A stretch of 44,317 nucleotides of DNA from a bacterium. GTDB taxonomy: Bacteria; Patescibacteriota; Patescibacteriia; SG8-24. The stretch covers positions 1 through 44,317 of the forward strand of contig JBDRRB010000072.1 of the NCBI GenBank assembly GCA_043825985.1. The letters are read 5' to 3'. The notes below the pieces were generated by a model. That model did not search any database. It worked only from the letters and a program-made list of their open reading frames with translations, and was not told the DNA's origin. How positions within the stretch are numbered: position 1 is the first letter of the stretch; each line of letters begins with the position of its first letter. A program made the translations under genes and the position numbers. Positions 38,315 to 44,317 of the stretch are shown in pieces.

Positions 38315-38782
38315 TTATCGAGCAAAGTGGGCGAAAGCCCGGTTAGCCTCCGCCATCCGGTGGACATCCTGCCGCTTCTTGACGGCGTCGCCCTCGCCTT
38401 CGGCCGCAGCCAAAAGCTCGACCGCCAGCCGGTCGGACATCGGACGGCCCTTCTTGGCGCGGGCGATGGCCAGGATCCAGCGGAAGGCCAGCGCGAAACG
38501 GCGCTCGCCGCGGACCGGCATCGGAATCTGGTAGTTGGCACCGCCGACGCGCTTGGACTTGACCTCGACGGACGGCATGACGTTCTTGAGCGCCAGCTCG
38601 AACAGCTCCAGCGGATCGCGGCCGGACTTCTCGGCCATCTGCCCGAAGGCGCCGTAGACGACCTTCTGGGCGGCAGTCTTCTTGCCGTCGTGCATGACGT
38701 AGTTGATGAACCTGGCGACGGACTCGCTGCGGTACTTGGGGTCCGGAGCGACGACGCGCCTGGTAGCCTTTTTGCCTCTCAT
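38315..38782 (-). CDS. rpsG: 30S ribosomal protein uS7
   Basis: DPKY, MHDGKK, EVKSKRVGGANYQIP and MAEANRAFAHF. Confidence 0.98.
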   Translation of the reverse strand: MRGKKATRRVVAPDPKYRSESVARFINYVMHDGKKTAAQKVVYGAFGQMAEKSGRDPLELFELALKNVMPSVEVKSKRVGGANYQIPMPVRGERRFALAFRWILAIARAKKGRPMSDRLAVELLAAAEGEGDAVKKRQDVHRMAEANRAFAHFAR

Positions 38783-38808
38783 ATCAGGGTTGGCTTGCGG
38801 AAGGTGAC

Positions 38809-39234
38809 TTAGGACTTGGCCTTGGGACGCTTGGTGCCGTAGACCGACCGGCTGCGCTTGCGACCGTCGACACCCTGCGTGTCGTAGACGCCGCGGACGA
38901 TGTGGTAGCGGACACCCGGCAGGTCCTTGACGCGGCCGCCGCGGAGCATGACGATTGAGTGCTCCTGAAGGTTGTGACCGACGCCCGGAATGTAGGCGGT
39001 GACCTCCATGCCGTTCGACAGGCGGACACGGGCGATCTTCCGGAGGGCCGAGTTAGGCTTCTTCGGAGTCATCGTGGTGACCTTGACGCAGACGCCGCGC
39101 TTGAACGGGGAGCCCTTGGGCATGTCCGTGCGCTTGCGGTGCAGCGTGTCGGTGGTGAACTGCAGGGCCGGGGTCTTGGACTTGACCTTGGTGGTCCGCC
39201 GCCCCTTCCTGACCAGCTGATTTACTGTAGGCAT
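38809..39234 (-). CDS. rpsL: 30S ribosomal protein uS12
   Basis: [34 protein letters not shown] and [11 protein letters not shown]. Start set at ATG 39234. Confidence 0.98.
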   Translation of the reverse strand: MPTVNQLVRKGRRTTKVKSKTPALQFTTDTLHRKRTDMPKGSPFKRGVCVKVTTMTPKKPNSALRKIARVRLSNGMEVTAYIPGVGHNLQEHSIVMLRGGRVKDLPGVRYHIVRGVYDTQGVDGRKRSRSVYGTKRPKAKS

Positions 39235-39393
39235 AAACAAAAAATCGCTTCACCGGACGGCGCGTGGCTTCCCCGGTCGGTCCGTTAGCTCGGACTTGGC
39301 GGGTACTGCACCGTTCGGCTGCCGCCTGGGGACTGGCCACGTGGCCGGATCCCTTCTGCGGACAAAGAGATTGTTAATTACTCGCGTGCGGAG

Positions 39394-39422
39394 AGGTTAG
39401 CATCCTGCGCCGAAGCCGTCAA
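39394..39422 (-). promoter_or_regulatory. Promoter of the rpsL-rpsG-fusA unit
   Basis: Minus strand TTGACG (39422-39417), 17-nt spacer ending TGc, TAACCT (39399-39394). Confidence 0.7.
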
Positions 39423-39443
39423 CCTGATGGGCAAAGGTGCACC

Positions 39444-39471
39444 AAAAACAAAGAGACCCGCGGGGGCCTCT
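39444..39471 (-). terminator. Terminator after the DHH-like gene
   Basis: Minus strand agaggccc-ccgc-gggtctct followed by ttgttttt. Confidence 0.7.
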
Positions 39472-39505
39472 ATATTTAGAGATAAAAAAATTTAATGGTC
39501 GGCCG

Positions 39506-40786
39506 CTACCACCCGGCCGACAGGACCGCAGCCACCTCCTGCAGTACCTGCCTCTCGGTCAGGGGGCTAGGCTCGACGGACCGACGCGTCGCCTTGAAGG
39601 CGTTGCCGACGACGCCACCGCACCAGGGAAAGTGCAGCATGCGGATCCGGTCGTGTGTCTCGCCGTCCGACCCGGTCAGTCTGCTGATCAGATCCACGTT
39701 GGACTGACCCAAGCTGGCCCAGGCTGTACCCCGAACCTCGAATCCGCGAGCCTCCAGGTCGGCTATCTGAAGCCGTCTGGCGAGGCAGGCGTCGAGCCCG
39801 CGGATTCTGCCGGTCGAACCGATGACCGACACGGAGAACACCCCCGGTCGGCAGAAGTTGACGACCAGATCGGGCGGCCGACGGTCCGGTCGACCGGGGA
39901 ACGGCTTCTCTTTTCGTTTCCCCCTCGCGGTCAGACCGGACTGGTTGCCGCGGCGAGCCAGCCGAGCAAAGCCGAGTGCATCGCTCCGTCCGACCAGGAC
40001 GACCCACCTCCGTCCCTGAATCGCCAACTCGGCCTGCTCACAGTCCCGCCAAAACGCCTGCAGGGCCGCAGCCACGCTACGCTCGAGCTCAGCGAAGCCG
40101 TTGTCCCCAAGAGCGGGCCGGCAATTCTCGAGGATCGACTCCGCGGAGAGGGCGTGCATCACGTATCTCTGCCCCTCCCGATGCAGGAACTCCTGCACCT
40201 GATCCTCAGCCGAAAGCTCGGATTTCTCTCTGATGGGAACCGACCTCGGATCGGTCGGCTGGAACTCGCAGAGATGCAGCACCAGTCCCTCCCAGACCAG
40301 GCTGAACAGCCGGCTGATCTCCGGATCGGACAGGCCCAAGAGCTGCCACCCGGTGATCACCTCCAGCAGTCCGATCCCCCTCGACACCTGACAGCCCGTC
40401 AGCTCATGACGGATCGTCCGCTGCAGAAACGGCCGCAGCGACGGGTCGACCGTGCCTTCGGGCAAGGCATTGAGCATCATGCTCAGGGTCACCTGCCCGG
40501 TCGACTTGGGATCCTTGTCATGGCTGTCCCAAGCACCGCCCAGGATGCCGACGAAACAGTGCCCTTCCCCCTCCAGGAATTCCCGGGTCAGGCCGCCGGG
40601 CGGAGGCTCGACGTCTGGCCAGTCCTCGGGCACCGGAACGGGCCCGTAGCTAACGAACTTGGTCAAAAAGCCGTCCTCCAGGCCCAGCTTCTCCCGCAGG
40701 GCCGCCATGCAGTTGAGCATCCGCTCGCAGACGAGCGAGTGGAGATTAGGCGGACCCCGAAAGACCGCCGTGTGAAAAAGATTCAT
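39506..40786 (-). CDS. Hypothetical protein, possibly a divergent DHH/MYG1-like phosphoesterase
   Basis: Start set at ATG 40786 (preceded by GGGAGG). VGILGGAWDSHD resembles the D-x-GGG-x2-DHH motif; weak, motif-level only. Confidence 0.55.
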   Translation of the reverse strand: MNLFHTAVFRGPPNLHSLVCERMLNCMAALREKLGLEDGFLTKFVSYGPVPVPEDWPDVEPPPGGLTREFLEGEGHCFVGILGGAWDSHDKDPKSTGQVTLSMMLNALPEGTVDPSLRPFLQRTIRHELTGCQVSRGIGLLEVITGWQLLGLSDPEISRLFSLVWEGLVLHLCEFQPTDPRSVPIREKSELSAEDQVQEFLHREGQRYVMHALSAESILENCRPALGDNGFAELERSVAAALQAFWRDCEQAELAIQGRRWVVLVGRSDALGFARLARRGNQSGLTARGKRKEKPFPGRPDRRPPDLVVNFCRPGVFSVSVIGSTGRIRGLDACLARRLQIADLEARGFEVRGTAWASLGQSNVDLISRLTGSDGETHDRIRMLHFPWCGGVVGNAFKATRRSVEPSPLTERQVLQEVAAVLSAGW

Positions 40787-40998
40787 CTTGACCTCCCTTT
40801 CTCTGGCTTTCATGGCCAGATTCTCCAAACAGAGAACTGGGATTTTTAGCAAAAATAGACGTCTTTGTCAATGATTCGACCAAAAAGAGGGCAAAACGGT
40901 CAGCTATTGCCAGCAAAAGCTGACCTGCGGGTTGAACCGGCGAAGTCGAGAACGGAGAAGAGACGTCTTCAGTCAGACTTTTCCCCTAAACGGACAAC

Positions 40999-41023
40999 CA
41001 AAAAGGGCAGCCAAGGCCGCCCC
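40999..41023 (-). terminator. Terminator after the HD-domain gene
   Basis: Minus strand gggcggc-cttg-gctgccc followed by tttttgg. Confidence 0.6.
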
Positions 41024-41073
41024 CTACCGGACCTCATGTGGGTCAGGCCAAAAACCAAATTCGATACGAACCG

Positions 41074-42011
41074 TCACTTCCGGCCGGCCAAAAGAGACTC
41101 GAGCGCCTCGCCGTTCCGGCTGAACACGTCCAGAACCTTGTGAAAACCCGTCCGGAGAGGTTCCGGCAGCTCCATATGCTGGTCAACTATCTTGTTCAGC
41201 ACCGACATGGTGGCCTCGTGCCCCATGCCGCTCCGAACGCGGAACGCCTGGTACTTGTCCACGACGGACAGGAACTGGGCCAGCTCCAGCGTCTCGATGA
41301 CCGTCGCCTCCACGGGCATGCGCCCCAAGTCGACCTTGGCCGGGTTCTTCCCCTCCAGCAGGTGATGGGTGGAAGTGATGGCGACGACCGACTGGTCTAT
41401 CCCCTCGCCCTGATTCGACTGCAGGATCTCGTACGTCCAGTCGACGTGCCGCCGCCAGAAGTCGAGGATCGACTCCGAATCCGCGCCGATGCCGACCTCG
41501 TTCAGGGCACGGCCGATCTCCTCCTGCTCTGACTCGCCAAAATCGAACTCGACCATGAAATCGCGGATTGTCTTCGGCTGGCCGTCTTCAGCATTCGGGC
41601 TGAACCGCCGGGGCGGCGTGACGAACAGGCGACGGACGGCGAACCGCAGCCGGTCCGAACCGACCTCCGGTCCCGACTTGCCAATGTCGTGCAGCACGGC
41701 CGCCCGCATCATCCGCTTCGGGTCTGCGTCCGGCAGGTCGAGTTCTGTCTTAAGATCGACAAACAGGGACCGAATCATCTCGGCCATCTGAACCGAGTCG
41801 TCGAAGTGCGATCCCAGCTCGGCCAGCCGGGCACGCAGTTTCGGATGGACATCCAGGTCAAGACCGATGTCGAGTTCCCCGACCCGCTCGCTGACCAGCC
41901 GCTCACCCCTTGACCTAAGATCCCCGTATTCCGGATGAGCGGGCTGAGGCAGGTCCGGCATCCTCATTCCATATTCATGCGATCGTTCTGTCTCCATAGA
42001 ATTGAAATTCA

Positions 42012-42012
<1 letters not shown>
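41074..42012 (-). CDS. HD-domain phosphohydrolase (HD-GYP-like metal ligands, no GYP motif)
   Basis: SHFDDS...LHDIGK...RRHVDW...STHH...VVDKY. The start ATG overlaps the upstream stop codon (TGATG). Confidence 0.8.
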
Positions 42013-42656
<644 letters not shown>

Positions 42657-42756
42657 GGGAGTAGTGCTTCGGACGGCCGAAGTCGGCCGAGCCGTACGGT
42701 CAGTCTAGCTTCAGCCGGCGCAAAAGTCGAGATGGCGAATGGCTGGGCAGCCGGTC

Positions 42757-42785
42757 TTGCCAAGGCCAAAAGAACGTGATAATCT
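42757..42785 (+). promoter_or_regulatory. Candidate promoter of rpmB
   Basis: TTGCCA (42757-42762), 17-nt spacer ending TGa, TAATCT (42780-42785). Confidence 0.5.
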
Positions 42786-42814
42786 ACCGCCGTTAACAGA
42801 GAAACCTCAGAACC

Positions 42815-42982
42815 ATGTCCAGAATCTGCGACGCCTGCGGCCGCGGCTCGAACCGCGCCAACAACCGCAGCCACTCCAACGTAGCGACCAAGAAGGAGCA
42901 GCAGGCCAACCTCCAGCCGCGCCGAATCGCCGGCGTCAAGGCCAAGATCTGCACCAAGTGCATCCGGACGCTGGCCAAGTAG
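42815..42982 (+). CDS. rpmB: 50S ribosomal protein bL28, zinc-binding type (55 aa; absent from the ORF track)
   Basis: Manual translation MSRICDACGRGSNRANNRSHSNVATKKEQQANLQPRRIAGVKAKICTKCIRTLAK*, with L28 motifs and two CxxC pairs. Confidence 0.93.
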   Translation: MSRICDACGRGSNRANNRSHSNVATKKEQQANLQPRRIAGVKAKICTKCIRTLAK

Positions 42983-43002
42983 GGCTACATCGGACCCTAA
43001 CC

Positions 43003-43040
43003 AAACGTGTCCCCTCTTACCGGGGGGCACGTTTGTTTTT
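43003..43040 (+). terminator. Terminator after rpmB
   Basis: aaacgtgtcccc/ggggggcacgttt followed by gttttt. Confidence 0.7.
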
Positions 43041-43139
43041 AGGTCCCGACCGGCACCGGACGAGAGTTAACACGAACGAGGGAAAAGGCATAACTTTACC
43101 TGTCGTTCCATTACAACCAGCCAAGAAAGAGAGGTTTCG

Positions 43140-43853
43140 ATGACGAGTCGGATGACGAAAGAGGGCGAAACGCATCCCGCACGGACTGTGATCACACACT
43201 TGGTGGTCTGGCCGATCTACCTAACGACCCGGGTCTGGCAGCTCGTGAGCCGTCGGCCCGGCAGTCGACTGATGGTCAAGGCGATGATCTGGCCGAACTA
43301 CCTGCTGAATTGCATCCGGCATTTCGTGAGCCGAGACGAGGAGTTCGTTCCGGCCGGCGGTCGTGACCGCGACACCTTCGCCGTCGGCCAAGGACCGCAC
43401 CGATCGATGAACCTTATGACGGTCAGACGCGATAGTGAACTAATGAAGACGCTGAAATTGCTGAAGATTATAGATGGGCTGAGGTGGCTGGACCGGATCG
43501 TGGCCCTGCCGTTCGTGCAGCAGACGTCACGGATGGCCGTCATTCCGATGCTCATCCTGCTCGCCGTGCAGCTCACAACCGTGCTGGTTGGCGGAGAGGT
43601 CGGACACACCAAACTGTCCGTGCCGCCAATCTCGTTCGCCCTGAACATCCCCCGCCTGTTCGAGGTGCCGTGCATCCTGATGCTGTGCGCCGTAATCACG
43701 ATCGTCATCCAGGGCGCCAGCACGTTCAGGCCGTATCCGACGGCCGACGAAGACGAGCCTGAAAGACAAGCTCGAACGGCACCGGAGCAGGAGCCTAAAG
43801 TGGGGCGTGTACTTAACCTTATCGGCCCTGGCCAAGAGCCTGTGGTTGGATGA
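43140..43853 (+). CDS. Hypothetical membrane protein with an internal 27-aa duplication
   Basis: 237-aa ORF preceded by GAGAGG, with two strongly hydrophobic segments; no family recognised. Confidence 0.6.
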   Translation: MTSRMTKEGETHPARTVITHLVVWPIYLTTRVWQLVSRRPGSRLMVKAMIWPNYLLNCIRHFVSRDEEFVPAGGRDRDTFAVGQGPHRSMNLMTVRRDSELMKTLKLLKIIDGLRWLDRIVALPFVQQTSRMAVIPMLILLAVQLTTVLVGGEVGHTKLSVPPISFALNIPRLFEVPCILMLCAVITIVIQGASTFRPYPTADEDEPERQARTAPEQEPKVGRVLNLIGPGQEPVVG

Positions 43854-44199
43854 CGACGGTGATATCATATACGGCTACATACCGCATATCACCATCGGCC
43901 TGTGTTTCATCGCCGCATTATCGAGCACTATTATCGGCATCGAAAAAGGAAACATTCGGGAATCGGTGGAAGAGTCGGCAAATGTAGTCTTGAAGGCAAT
44001 GCTGTTCTTGGCTTTCATTTCGCCCAGCAGCATCGTGCTGTCCGTGGCCTACGTCTGCGTCCGGATGATTGCTGCAGCGGTAACGGCCGTTATCTTCGCC
44101 TTGTTGGCAAAAGGGCTGAAGATGGCGGTCACACGGCTGGTTGCCTCGGTTATCCGGCAATGCCAAAGAGGCGCGCCGCCACAGCCGCCGCCGACCTGA
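43807..44199 (+). CDS. Hypothetical membrane protein
   Basis: 130-aa ORF with three hydrophobic segments and lower GC. The start is uncertain, since the GTG overlaps the previous ORF by 47 nt. Confidence 0.45.
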   Translation: MYLTLSALAKSLWLDDDGDIIYGYIPHITIGLCFIAALSSTIIGIEKGNIRESVEESANVVLKAMLFLAFISPSSIVLSVAYVCVRMIAAAVTAVIFALLAKGLKMAVTRLVASVIRQCQRGAPPQPPPT

Positions 44200-44317
44200 A
44201 CGGACTGGCGAGCTAAAAACAATTTCCGAACTCCTCCGACCTGGGGGATTTTCTTTTTGGCGTATACACCCTCACCACAAGTAACCGCCGAAAGATCGTG
44301 GATTCCCGCCGGAGCCT

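Overview
A 44 kb housekeeping region from a high-GC bacterium (about 65% GC in core genes, from hand-counted lines). It uses genetic code 11, since TGA terminates dprA and topA. Several features point to Patescibacteria/CPR: no rpmD (uL30) between rpsE and rplO, a Rel ending after the TGS region, a short AspRS lacking the GAD insert, a bacterial presenilin-like gene and extended r-proteins. The left part carries pth (partial), dprA, topA, rel, parB, parA and three tRNAs (Leu-CAA, a probable elongator Met-CAT and fMet-CAT), with a low-GC NUDIX gene between the two Met tRNAs. A long minus-strand block follows: small-multidrug-export protein, DD-carboxypeptidase, scpB, scpA, a YbaK-type deacylase, aspS, a beta-propeller protein, asnS, recO, ruvX, map, a frameshifted P-loop kinase, adk, a presenilin-like gene, secY, the spc and S10 r-protein clusters, tuf, two orphans, fusA, rpsG and rpsL. 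The window ends with a DHH-like orphan, an HD-domain gene coupled to a site-2 protease, rpmB and two membrane orphans. The main signal not explained by genes is a dispersed family of roughly 70-130 nt long imperfect hairpins. There are at least four clear copies plus one short and one truncated copy. They share conserved purine-rich GGA/GGA-type internal loops and compensatory stem changes, and they sit just downstream of rpsG, fusA, rpsJ and tRNA-fMet. They fold best on the strand opposite the local transcripts. Other points of interest are a 78-bp duplication of the tRNA-Met 3' end, an initiator tRNA with C33 and A29-U41, a +1 frameshift exactly at the Walker A G-K junction of a kinase gene, a 599-nt structured rpsJ-rplC spacer and a strong T-at-minus-1 start-codon context. 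No CRISPR array, rRNA, transposase or integrase was seen.
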